This document shows, one piece after another, positions 26,349-34,605 of a stretch of 51,624 bases of DNA (its first letter is position 1; the number at the start of each line of letters is the position of its first letter). Position numbers and translations under genes: made by a program. The notes under the pieces were generated by a model. It was given only the letters and a program-made list of their open reading frames with translations. It did not search any database and was not told the DNA's origin. The DNA lies in IMG/VR virus record IMGVR_UViG_3300017963_000074, positions 1-51,624 of that record, one strand, 5' to 3'. The stretch is from a virus. Taxonomy: Duplodnaviria > Caudoviricetes.

Positions 26349-26526
26349 GAGCAAAATTTCTGCAGTGTTTTCCTTGGAAAAGGAGACAAAGAACACAGTT
26401 CGTTACAGCGAAGAGTCCTCATCCGATCACCCTCCCATCTGCAACACTATCTACATCCAGAAGTGGGCCATTGGACAGTTGGATGGCCCTGAGAAGATCA
26501 AGGTCACTATCGAACCTGCTGCCTGA
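26341..26526 (+). CDS. Small beta-rich protein (AbrB-like candidate)
   Basis: EKETKNTVRY...TIYIQK...PEKIKVTIE; AAGGAGG RBS. Confidence 0.65.
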   Translation: MAESKISAVFSLEKETKNTVRYSEESSSDHPPICNTIYIQKWAIGQLDGPEKIKVTIEPAA

Positions 26527-26542
26527 CCCAGGCCGCACCCGA

Positions 26543-26584
26543 CCAGAGAGGGAGTACGCCCACGCTCCCTCTCTGGGCTATTTA
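26543..26584 (+). terminator. Stem-loop, probable weak terminator
   Basis: 12-bp stem CCAGAGAGGGAG/CTCCCTCTCTGG with a poor U tail. Confidence 0.55.
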
Positions 26585-26597
26585 TGAGGAGGTAAAA

Positions 26598-26945
26598 ATG
26601 GACGAAAAGATGAATCTCAGGGAGGCTACCTATAGCTGTCTCAGAGATGCTATTCCAGGAGAGGAAGAGCATTATGATGACTTAGCGAAGGCCTTTGCTG
26701 AGATAATACTGGAGGAAGATGTCAGTCCTGAGGCTTCACTTGCCCGCTGGCATGAGGTAAGGGAAGATCCTCATATGAATGAACTGACTATCAAGGTAGT
26801 AGTTGCACTTGCCCTGGCAGGTGTTCAAGGAATGGGAGCAAAAGCACAGATTGTCACTTATGGCATGATGCTTCTCCTCAAAGAAGCCAGAGAGGAGGTA
26901 TCCCTCGGTTCATCCCTAACAGTCAAAGATCAGAAAAATGTTTGA
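26598..26945 (+). CDS. Hypothetical protein
   Basis: 115 aa, AGGAGGT RBS. Confidence 0.7.
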   Translation: MDEKMNLREATYSCLRDAIPGEEEHYDDLAKAFAEIILEEDVSPEASLARWHEVREDPHMNELTIKVVVALALAGVQGMGAKAQIVTYGMMLLLKEAREEVSLGSSLTVKDQKNV

Positions 26946-27297
26946 AACTGAAGTATCTCTCCTTTTTGAGAATAAGGGCAAGAGGTTTGCTATCTCTGAT
27001 AGAGGGGATGTTGTATACTGGCCGGTCGGCATCTCGTATTTTGCAGTCAAAGACTACATGCAGAAGAAGGGAGCACAGGCCTTCATCATATACTGGACAT
27101 TCCATGAAAAGAAGCAAATCGAGGAGCTTTGGAGAGAGATCTTTATTGCCGTTGCAGAGGCCAAGAGAAGTTGGATCCATGCAACTGAAAGACCTAACCC
27201 TCGACTGAAACAGAAGGAGATGGATGAGTTCTATCAGAGGAAGGATGAGGAAGCTAAGAACATTATAAGGAGGCTCACCAGTGAGCATCGCCACTAG
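26938..27297 (+). CDS. Hypothetical protein
   Basis: 119 aa, overlaps its neighbours in the operon. Confidence 0.6.
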   Translation: MFETEVSLLFENKGKRFAISDRGDVVYWPVGISYFAVKDYMQKKGAQAFIIYWTFHEKKQIEELWREIFIAVAEAKRSWIHATERPNPRLKQKEMDEFYQRKDEEAKNIIRRLTSEHRH

Positions 27298-27478
27298 GAA
27301 GAGAAACATTCGGAAGTTCAAGGAGAAAAGATCCTCCGCCCGTCGAGTAGATCCTGACTGGGGGAAAGAGGGGAGGAGAGGAACCTACTCCAGAATCCCT
27401 CTCAAACCGGTCGAAACCGCTGAACAGTTTCTAAAAAGGGTACCTGTACATGACCCTAGGAAGGAGGAAAAGGGATGA
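27281..27478 (+). CDS. Basic hypothetical protein
   Basis: 65 aa, TAAGGAGG RBS, GTG start. Confidence 0.55.
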   Translation: MSIATRKRNIRKFKEKRSSARRVDPDWGKEGRRGTYSRIPLKPVETAEQFLKRVPVHDPRKEEKG

Positions 27479-27567
27479 GAATAGGCAGGGCTTTCCTAAT
27501 GATTCTGCCCTATATTCTTATTGCAATAGGGCTGCTCTGCATCGCTTCGCACACATTCACCTTATAA
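27475..27567 (+). CDS. 30-aa hydrophobic peptide
   Basis: AAGGAGG RBS, ATGA overlap: MRIGRAFLMILPYILIAIGLLCIASHTFTL. Confidence 0.45.
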   Translation: MRIGRAFLMILPYILIAIGLLCIASHTFTL

Positions 27568-27592
27568 CCCTAACTCAAGAAGGAGGTCTGAA

Positions 27593-27946
27593 ATGCCTCA
27601 AGAAGTGAACGTCACGAAGGAGGTGGACGGAGAGAAGAAGTCTGCATCCGTCCAGTACGAATTCGGCAGCAACCTCGAGGAAGCTGTTGAGCTCTTTGGC
27701 GGAGATGTTATTTTCAACAACTTCCGCCAGTCTGCAGTTATCTCCCTGCAGGGTATTCTCCGCAGGCATCTGGCCAATGGTAAGACTCAGGGCGAGCTCC
27801 AAACCATTGCAGATGGCTGGAAGCCTGGAGTTGTGTCCAGGACAGGCAAGAGCAAAGTGGAGAAGGCGCGCGACGCCTTCGCTGCTATGTCTCCGGAGGA
27901 GAAGAAGGCCCTTCTAGCCGAACTGCGGGAGATGGCTCGAGGGTAG
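27593..27946 (+). CDS. Hypothetical protein, probable paralog of 23459..23851
   Basis: 117 aa, AAGGAGGT RBS, followed by a terminator. Confidence 0.8.
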   Translation: MPQEVNVTKEVDGEKKSASVQYEFGSNLEEAVELFGGDVIFNNFRQSAVISLQGILRRHLANGKTQGELQTIADGWKPGVVSRTGKSKVEKARDAFAAMSPEEKKALLAELREMARG

Positions 27947-27962
27947 GGATAGGCCCTCGATC

Positions 27963-28000
27963 GAGAGTGGGAGAGGGAAACCTCTCCCCTCTCTTTTTTT
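27963..28000 (+). terminator. Intrinsic terminator
   Basis: GGGAGAGG-GAAA-CCTCTCCC GNRA hairpin followed by T7. Confidence 0.9.
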
Positions 28001-28032
28001 GCTTTTTTTAAAAATAGTACAAGGAGAATAAG

Positions 28033-28623
28033 ATGAAAAAGAAAATGGACAGTACAACGTGGGCCTGGGGACTGTGTGTACTCATGGCCGTTTGTGTTTT
28101 GGTGGTAGGGCTGTATATCTTTGACAAGTGGGAGCCAAAACCTGAGCCTTCACAGCCGGAACCTGTTACCCTCGCTCACTACAAGATGGTAGTGGAGATG
28201 ACCTTTAATGCTGTGGATTTGAGGGAAGCAGCCCGCTTGGAAGAAACCCTCCAAAGGATGAAGCCGTGTGAGTTCTCCTATTCGATGGAGAAGACTGCTG
28301 TTATGATTCTCAATCCCAATATGACTGGGGAAAGTATTATAACTTTCGATATTAGGATAGATAGCACCTACGGAAGCGATACTACCTCTCGTGTTCTAAC
28401 TGGCAAGCCTTCCTGGGAGATAGCTCCAAAGTGGGCCAACTGGTTGGCACAGGATTCCAACGGGAGTTGGTTTTGGTATGAGCATAAGCCTCATACAGGG
28501 ATAGGCTGGATAGACAATGCTGGTGTATATGGCCCAGATACCGGTAAGTGGAAAAGAGCCTCTGATGATAAGCCCAATGAGAATTGGAAAGAAACTCTCG
28601 AAAAGAGACCCAAAGATGTCTAA
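28033..28623 (+). CDS. Membrane-anchored protein with C-terminal Trp-rich phage domain
   Basis: N-terminal TM; C-terminal PKWANWLAQDSNGSWFWYEHKP...WKETLEKRP. Confidence 0.65.
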   Translation: MKKKMDSTTWAWGLCVLMAVCVLVVGLYIFDKWEPKPEPSQPEPVTLAHYKMVVEMTFNAVDLREAARLEETLQRMKPCEFSYSMEKTAVMILNPNMTGESIITFDIRIDSTYGSDTTSRVLTGKPSWEIAPKWANWLAQDSNGSWFWYEHKPHTGIGWIDNAGVYGPDTGKWKRASDDKPNENWKETLEKRPKDV

Positions 28624-29005
28624 GGTATACGTCATAAACCGAGGAGGTCATGACTTCACTAATGCAGCCCGCTTCGGAGAACTTGTCTATCTATCAGAAG
28701 GGAGAATCCCTCCTTTCTCTGTAGCTAACATGTACAGGACATTCTCTGAACATCTCTCTACATCCTCCCCTACCGACTACATCCTCTTAGCTGGCCTGCC
28801 TGTTATGCAATCTGTTGCTTGTAGTATCTTCTCCTACCTTCACGGCAGGCTCAATCTTCTTCTCTTCAAGGATGGGAGGTATATAGAGAGAACTATTATC
28901 CTAAGTGAACTTCTTAAGGGGAATAGAGATGAAAGAGAAGAATCCAAATCAACTAAAGCTCCAGTTCGGAGAGTACAAAGACACTCCGGCCAGAAAGTGG
29001 GCTAG
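28616..29005 (+). CDS. Small alpha/beta (Rossmann-like) phage protein
   Basis: Start moved to MSKVYVIN at 28616; ARFGELVYL and DYILLAG motifs. Confidence 0.6.
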   Translation: MSKVYVINRGGHDFTNAARFGELVYLSEGRIPPFSVANMYRTFSEHLSTSSPTDYILLAGLPVMQSVACSIFSYLHGRLNLLLFKDGRYIERTIILSELLKGNRDEREESKSTKAPVRRVQRHSGQKVG

Positions 29006-29219
29006 ACATAGAAACTTCAGCCGGTTTATGATAAGGGGATGTATCTCCAGACTCCAGCATCCCTTTGTCAGATCAGCCCTTACCTCCAATGAAAAGATAA
29101 GGTGCAAACTCGCAATAGAATATCTCCAGGCTCTCGATGCTGACTGGGAGCAGTACTATGCACTCAGTAAGCTTTCCTTTCTGGAGAGACTTGAAAGAGA
29201 GGAGGACATACAGCTATGA
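28929..29219 (+). CDS. Hypothetical protein
   Basis: Start MKEKNP at 28929; ATGA-coupled to the nuclease gene. Confidence 0.55.
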   Translation: MKEKNPNQLKLQFGEYKDTPARKWARHRNFSRFMIRGCISRLQHPFVRSALTSNEKIRCKLAIEYLQALDADWEQYYALSKLSFLERLEREEDIQL

Positions 29220-30184
29220 AACTCTCCAACCTAACATTCCCTATTCCTTTCCACAAAACCTGGGAGATACATGATGCCAGCAAAATCCAAACTTTTCTAC
29301 AATGCCCCCGCTTCTATTTCTATCGCTATGTCCTCGGATGGGAAACCGAAGGGAGCAACATTAACCTTGTATTTGGGGAAGCCTGGCATAGAGCCATGGA
29401 ATATCTCCTGCTCAACGGATACTCTAAAGAAGGTATTGCGGGAGCTTATAAACAATTCCTCGAGTATTACAGGGAGTTCTTTGATGAGGAGACAGACCTT
29501 GAGAGGCAGCCAAAGGCTCCTGGAAATGCACTTGAGGGACTGGCTGGATATGTAGAGGAGTATCAGGCAACAGATGGGGACTTTGATGTGCTTCATACAG
29601 AGTGTGCAGGGGCAGTGATGATAAGTGACAGGGATGATCTGCACTTCCGGTTGGACGCAGTTGTAAAGGATAGAAGGGGAATCTTCTGTCTGGAGCACAA
29701 GACGACCAGCTGGAGCTCATCCATCTGGGCAGCTCAGTGGAGCACGAAGTTCCAGATAGACCTCTATACCCATGTCCTCTATATGATGTATCCACCTGAG
29801 CAGGTCTTTGGGATTCTTGTAAATGGGACGATCTTCAGGAAGAATGCAGTTGCCTTTGACAGGATACCTGTAAAGAAATCCCCGGCTATGATGAACGAGT
29901 GGATGGGGAACTGCCTTTATATCCTCTCCTTGATAGAGGACAACTATCACAGACTCTCAAAGGCCAGTCCCGCTGACTACTACCTCGACGCCTTTCACAA
30001 GAACCCTGAGAATTGTACAAAGTATAACAGAACCTGCCCTTATATGGATCTCTGCATCAGCTGGCCTAATCCCCTCACCAGATGTGAGGAGACTCCTGAC
30101 TACCTCACAACAGTTTGGTGGGATCCTGTTGAGCGGGAGAAGATGGCTACAACTCAGATGAATCTTGTAAAAGGAGGGAGGTGA
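29216..30184 (+). CDS. PD-(D/E)XK exonuclease (Cas4/RecB-like)
   Basis: SKIQTFLQCPR, FGEAWH, RLDAVV, LEHKT, QIDLY and C-terminal C..C..C cluster ligands. Confidence 0.85.
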   Translation: MKLSNLTFPIPFHKTWEIHDASKIQTFLQCPRFYFYRYVLGWETEGSNINLVFGEAWHRAMEYLLLNGYSKEGIAGAYKQFLEYYREFFDEETDLERQPKAPGNALEGLAGYVEEYQATDGDFDVLHTECAGAVMISDRDDLHFRLDAVVKDRRGIFCLEHKTTSWSSSIWAAQWSTKFQIDLYTHVLYMMYPPEQVFGILVNGTIFRKNAVAFDRIPVKKSPAMMNEWMGNCLYILSLIEDNYHRLSKASPADYYLDAFHKNPENCTKYNRTCPYMDLCISWPNPLTRCEETPDYLTTVWWDPVEREKMATTQMNLVKGGR

Positions 30185-30187
30185 GAA

Positions 30188-30403
30188 GTGAAGATAAAAG
30201 AGATAATCTCCCAAAGCAGACGGGACTTCCAAGCTATATACGAGTGCGAACACTGTGGACATACCTTCGAAGGCTATGGATATGACGACAGGAACTTTCA
30301 TGAGGTTGTAATACCAGCTATGAAGTGTCCAGAATGTAAAAAGCAGGCAAAGTCTACCTACAGACCTCTCCAACCTAAGTATCCTGATAGTTTAACAGTG
30401 TAA
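30188..30403 (+). CDS. Zn-ribbon protein
   Basis: RRDFQAIYECEHCG...YDD.NFH..VIP.MKCPEC. Confidence 0.75.
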   Translation: MKIKEIISQSRRDFQAIYECEHCGHTFEGYGYDDRNFHEVVIPAMKCPECKKQAKSTYRPLQPKYPDSLTV

Positions 30404-30418
30404 AGGAGGTGAGAAAAC

Positions 30419-31552
30419 TTGATAGAGCTCACAGAAGAACAGGAAAAGGCGATTGGGAAGATTGAGGATTGGAGGGTAAGAGGGGATAAACAAACCCTCA
30501 CAATGGGAGGGTATGCAGGGACTGGTAAGACAACTATCCTTGCTCATCTTAATGAAGAGGCTATGGGACGTATAAGATATGTAGCATATACAGGCAAGGC
30601 AACCTCTGTCATGAGAGAGAAGCTCAAGGCTGCTGATGTAGATGGAGAAATCTCCACTATCCATTCAGCTATCTATCGGGTAGTAACAGATGAAAATGGG
30701 GCAATAGTCGAATGGGTAAAGAGGGATAGGTATGAGCTACTGGGGATAGATACCTTTGTGGTAGATGAAGCAAGCATGGTTCCTGAGGATATAGCCACCG
30801 ACCTTGAATCCTTCGACATTCCCGTCCTCTATGTTGGAGATCATGCTCAGCTTCCTCCCATCGCATCTTACTTCAATCTCATGCAAGATCCAGAGATCAA
30901 ACTGGAGACTATCCACCGAAATGCAGGAGGAATTGCAGAGATAGCACAGTTAATCAGAACACAAAGGGCTGTCTCCTATGGAGAACCAGCTCCAGGTGTG
31001 AAGAAGATGTCTTTCAAATCCTTCAAAGGGAGCGAGGCCGAGGACATCTGCGCACATGCCTCTAAGGATCATCTTGTGATAGTTCCTACTAACAACCAAA
31101 GGACTCAGTTCAACAGAAGATATCTCAAACGCAAGGAACATCCATCTGGAAATCTTCTGGAAGGAGATAGGATCATCTGCCTGAAAAACAACTGGAGCAT
31201 CCCTATCTACAATGGCATGACTGGGTCAGTTGAGAGTGAACCTGAACCTGTCTCCAATGATAGCTTTAGAATAGACTTCCTCCCCGATGAGTTCCAAGAT
31301 GGAGAGTTTCCTTTCTCTGTCAAGGTTACAAAGCATCTATTTCTCAACTCTACTGGCCGGCTGCCAGTTGGTGTAGATCCTCGCTTTGTAGCCAACTGGT
31401 TCGACTTCGCCTACGCTCTCACCTGCCACAAAGCACAGGGAAGTGAGGCTGAGAAGGTAGTTATCTTTGGCCAGGGATTTGGGGAGGAAAGATGGAGATG
31501 GCTATACACTGCAATAACTCGTGCAAAGAAGGAGGTGTACCTTGTCGGGTAA
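30419..31552 (+). CDS. RecD/Dda-like SF1B DNA helicase
   Basis: GYAGTGKTT, AYTGKA, TIHS, VDEASM, VGDHAQLPP, AYALTCHKAQGSE, LYTAITRAK. Confidence 0.92.
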   Translation: MIELTEEQEKAIGKIEDWRVRGDKQTLTMGGYAGTGKTTILAHLNEEAMGRIRYVAYTGKATSVMREKLKAADVDGEISTIHSAIYRVVTDENGAIVEWVKRDRYELLGIDTFVVDEASMVPEDIATDLESFDIPVLYVGDHAQLPPIASYFNLMQDPEIKLETIHRNAGGIAEIAQLIRTQRAVSYGEPAPGVKKMSFKSFKGSEAEDICAHASKDHLVIVPTNNQRTQFNRRYLKRKEHPSGNLLEGDRIICLKNNWSIPIYNGMTGSVESEPEPVSNDSFRIDFLPDEFQDGEFPFSVKVTKHLFLNSTGRLPVGVDPRFVANWFDFAYALTCHKAQGSEAEKVVIFGQGFGEERWRWLYTAITRAKKEVYLVG

Positions 31553-32342
31553 ACTCACCATGTCTCAAGCTGAGGCAAAGAAAAAACTGGACGCTATCAG
31601 AAAGGTCTATGAAGAGGCAATGAAGGAACCCCACTTCTCTGCTCTTATCATGGGAGAGTCCGGAGTGGGAAAGACATCCTGCATAGCAACTGGCCGGGCT
31701 CCTATCCTCATCGACTCCTTCGACCCGCTCGGTACCCTCGTCCTCAGGGACGAGATACAAAAGGGGAGAGTAATCGTCAGATCTTTCTGGAACGAGAAGT
31801 ATGACGAACCCACTGAGTTTGAAAAATGGAAGGAGACTTGGGACGCCGACCTGAAGAGCGGCTTTATAGGGAGCGTGGGCACCTATGCTATCGACTCCGT
31901 TACTACCCTAACCGAGTCCCTTGTTAACTGGTACACTAAAAAGAAAAGGAGGGAGAATCAGATTCCTCAGATCCAGGACTACCAGGTTATCTACAATGTC
32001 CTTAAGGATCTGGTGAAAATCTCTTCAGCACAGGGATGTGACTTCATCCTGACCGGCCACCTTGTCGCGGAGAAGGACGAAGTGAGCGGCCGAATATACG
32101 CTGAACTAGACACCTACAAGCGTCTGAAGTCTCGCATCCCGCTTCTCTTCACAGAGAAGTTCGTTCTCACTACTAGGGACACATCCAGTGGGAATAAGTA
32201 CGTCCTTCTGACGCAACCTGATGGGAAGTACAGAGCCAGCACTCAGCTAGGAAAAGGAGGTATATTCCAGAGAGAGGAAGAGCCTAATCTCAAAAAGCTG
32301 TTAGCTAAGGCGAAGCTCCCAAGCGGAGATAAGCAGTTGTAA
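31521..32342 (+). CDS. Sak4-like AAA ATPase / recombinase
   Basis: GESGVGKT, AIDSVT, ILTGH; lies between nuclease/helicase and SSB. The start may be TTG at 31542. Confidence 0.75.
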   Translation: MQRRRCTLSGKLTMSQAEAKKKLDAIRKVYEEAMKEPHFSALIMGESGVGKTSCIATGRAPILIDSFDPLGTLVLRDEIQKGRVIVRSFWNEKYDEPTEFEKWKETWDADLKSGFIGSVGTYAIDSVTTLTESLVNWYTKKKRRENQIPQIQDYQVIYNVLKDLVKISSAQGCDFILTGHLVAEKDEVSGRIYAELDTYKRLKSRIPLLFTEKFVLTTRDTSSGNKYVLLTQPDGKYRASTQLGKGGIFQREEEPNLKKLLAKAKLPSGDKQL

Positions 32343-32352
32343 AGAACCCACA

Positions 32353-32383
32353 AGGTACATTTTCACATTTTGAAATTGTACCT
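32353..32383. promoter_or_regulatory. Palindromic site 5 (core 32361-32375)
   Basis: AGGTACAT-TTTCA-CATTT-TGAAA-TTGTACCT. Confidence 0.65.
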
Positions 32384-32409
32384 ATCACTCATAACTGGAG
32401 GTATATCAA

Positions 32410-32814
32410 ATGCCTGACGTAGTAGATCTCAACCTCGATGCTGCTCCTGATCTTGGTCCTGTGAATGATGGAGAGTATGAACTGTCCATTGCCAGGATTG
32501 CAAAGCACGACACGGAGAAGTGGGCCGGCCTGCTGGTCACTCTGGAGATCCCTTCGGAACCAACCGGAGATGACATCATGCACCCACTGGGTCTGCCCAC
32601 TGCTAACCAAACGGAAAAGCAGCAGATCCGTACTCTCAACCAGATCAAGCAGTTCTGTGCCGCCTTCTCCATCACTCACAACGCCTTTCAGAAAGCCTAC
32701 GCTGCAGACGACTTCGATGCCCTGCTCGGCAAAACTGGATGGGCTGTTCTCAAGGGTGACGAGTATGACGGAAGGCCGGTCAACCGAGTCAGTCGCTTTG
32801 TCGCCAACCGATAA
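32410..32814 (+). CDS. Single-stranded DNA-binding protein (DUF669-like)
   Basis: GEYELSI...IKQFCAAF...LLGKTG...EYDGRPVNRVSRF; follows the Sak4-like ATPase. Confidence 0.7.
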   Translation: MPDVVDLNLDAAPDLGPVNDGEYELSIARIAKHDTEKWAGLLVTLEIPSEPTGDDIMHPLGLPTANQTEKQQIRTLNQIKQFCAAFSITHNAFQKAYAADDFDALLGKTGWAVLKGDEYDGRPVNRVSRFVANR

Positions 32815-32821
32815 GAGGGAG

Positions 32822-32859
32822 AAAGGGGAGGAGCCTTTTGGTTCCTCCCTTTTATTTTT
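32822..32859 (+). terminator. Intrinsic terminator
   Basis: AAAGGGGAGGAGCC-TTTT-GGTTCCTCCCTTTTATTTTT. Confidence 0.85.
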
Positions 32860-32874
32860 CCTCGGGAGATCAGG

Positions 32875-33108
32875 ATGAGCATAAAGTACCCATACAGGAT
32901 AACTACAGAAATCTCGGTAGAGATGAGGAAGAAGCTGGACTCCCTCCCCTATGGTGTAAAGAGGCTGTTGATTGTAACCCTCCTAGAAGAGTTCTTTGAT
33001 CTGTATGAGAAGGATGAGAGGGTTCTGTATGCTATTATAACGAAGGAGATCAAGGGGAGGGAACTGTTGGAGAGTTTGAAAGGAAGAAAAAGTGGAAATA
33101 AAAAATAG
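32875..33108 (+). CDS. Hypothetical protein (RHH-like N-terminus)
   Basis: 77 aa; RITTEISVEMRKKL. Confidence 0.6.
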   Translation: MSIKYPYRITTEISVEMRKKLDSLPYGVKRLLIVTLLEEFFDLYEKDERVLYAIITKEIKGRELLESLKGRKSGNKK

Positions 33109-33469
33109 CGGCATCATAAAGGCAAAAGAATTGCGAGTGTATATCATGGGGCCTTATACAAAGGGAGACGTAGCGCAGAATGTAAGTATGGCTATCACCG
33201 TTGCAGAGCGTCTGTCTACAGAAGGTTTCATCCCTTATATCCCTCACCTTACACACTTCTGGCATATGATGTACTATCATAACATAGAGTTCTGGTATGA
33301 GTATGATATTCACTGGCTCAATGTCTGCCAAGCTGGGTACAGGATGCTTGGTGAATCAAGGGGAGCAGACGAGGAGGAGGAAGTTTGCAAGGCTATGCAG
33401 ATCCCAGTATTCAAGCATATCCCTGATATAGTAGAATGGGGCCTGGTCTACAAGGAGACTATCCAATGA
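33092..33469 (+). CDS. DUF4406 / nucleoside 2-deoxyribosyltransferase-like protein
   Basis: VYIMGPYT, GFIPYIPH, GESRGADEE, IPVF. Confidence 0.75.
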   Translation: MEIKNSGIIKAKELRVYIMGPYTKGDVAQNVSMAITVAERLSTEGFIPYIPHLTHFWHMMYYHNIEFWYEYDIHWLNVCQAGYRMLGESRGADEEEEVCKAMQIPVFKHIPDIVEWGLVYKETIQ

Positions 33470-33816
33470 AAGCTGGGGAGACACTCAGAGGGATAACAAA
33501 GAAGGTGGAGATAGCTGCTCCCGAGAGAGACACGCCTCTTGACTTCTATGTCCATCTCACAGACAATCCGGACGGTTCCCTCAATCGCATCTATATAACC
33601 GGCCCAAGGACAGACGCTGACTTCAGAGCCTTTACAGTCGGGATAGCTGAACTCATAAACCTCTGTCTGGAAGAAGGGATAGGACTTAAGAAAGTAACTG
33701 ACCGGATTAAGTACATTCAAGGAGAAACATCCGGTCTGACAACTGACAGCAAGATCAAAACTGCATCAAGCATTCTAGACTATCTTGGGAAGATGCTTGA
33801 GGAGAGGTATCTATAA
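33466..33816 (+). CDS. Stand-alone TSCPD-like domain (class II ribonucleotide reductase C-terminal-like)
   Basis: LRGITKKV, FYVHL, IAELINLCLEEG, ASSILDYLGK; start moved to 33466. Confidence 0.65.
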   Translation: MKAGETLRGITKKVEIAAPERDTPLDFYVHLTDNPDGSLNRIYITGPRTDADFRAFTVGIAELINLCLEEGIGLKKVTDRIKYIQGETSGLTTDSKIKTASSILDYLGKMLEERYL

Positions 33817-34067
33817 TGCTACATACCTATATAGGTTCTTTCAAAAAACCTCAACTAAAGACAACAGACGAGGTGATAGGTTTAAAATTTGTACAGCGGG
33901 ACGATGCAAACGATACCTTTGTATTTGCTAACGTCTGCAGATCATCAATTCCATTGATAGCAGCCGATCTCCTCGGATGGGTAGTAGAGGAATTAAAGGA
34001 GAAGATAGCTCCGATAGAGACCAAGATAGATAGAATAGAAAGGCTTATTGATATACTAAAAGAGTAG
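33816..34067 (+). CDS. Hypothetical protein
   Basis: 83 aa, TAATG-coupled. Confidence 0.6.
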   Translation: MLHTYIGSFKKPQLKTTDEVIGLKFVQRDDANDTFVFANVCRSSIPLIAADLLGWVVEELKEKIAPIETKIDRIERLIDILKE

Positions 34068-34075
34068 GAGGTAAA

Positions 34076-34285
34076 ATGACAATAGACGACCTAAAGCCAT
34101 CCATTATACAGCTCTCCCGCGATGAAGCCTTTGCTATCCACAGCAAGATCAGAGCAAACCGGCTTGTGTCCAAGAGGAAAGTGGAGAGAAAGAAGGCTGC
34201 AAAGAGAACTCCAGCTTCTCTACTAGCGGGGCTGGATAAGGATACTCTTAATGGTTTGATAAAGGAGTTGGAGGCATCACTATGA
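34076..34285 (+). CDS. Basic hypothetical protein
   Basis: 69 aa, AGGAGGT RBS. Confidence 0.7.
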   Translation: MTIDDLKPSIIQLSRDEAFAIHSKIRANRLVSKRKVERKKAAKRTPASLLAGLDKDTLNGLIKELEASL

Positions 34286-34605
34286 ATATGGAAGAGGCTA
34301 TGCAGATTGCCGACAAGCTCTTGAAAGAGGATGCTGTACAGAGCTTTCACAGTCATGGTAATATAACAAGAATATGTCTCCTCATATCCAAGATGAAGCC
34401 TGAGGATATGACTGAAGAACGTGGAATGGGTCTATGCTTTAGTGCCGCCTGTCTGGGAGTGAAAAAGGGCTATGCAGCATTTACCTATGTTGATATTCCT
34501 GACAAAGACTTAAGAAATGTAACAGGTACTGTCTATATGGTAAAGCCTGATCTCATTTCAGAACTACAATCTCTTCTTCACTTCATCTCAGGGAGGGTAA
34601 AGTGA
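34282..34605 (+). CDS. Hypothetical protein
   Basis: 107 aa, coupled on both sides. Confidence 0.65.
   Translation: MNMEEAMQIADKLLKEDAVQSFHSHGNITRICLLISKMKPEDMTEERGMGLCFSAACLGVKKGYAAFTYVDIPDKDLRNVTGTVYMVKPDLISELQSLLHFISGRVK

Noticed and set aside
29216-30184. Cas4-like nuclease as part of a CRISPR-Cas system
   Set aside because: No array or other cas genes; it sits in a standard nuclease-helicase-Sak4-SSB recombination module.
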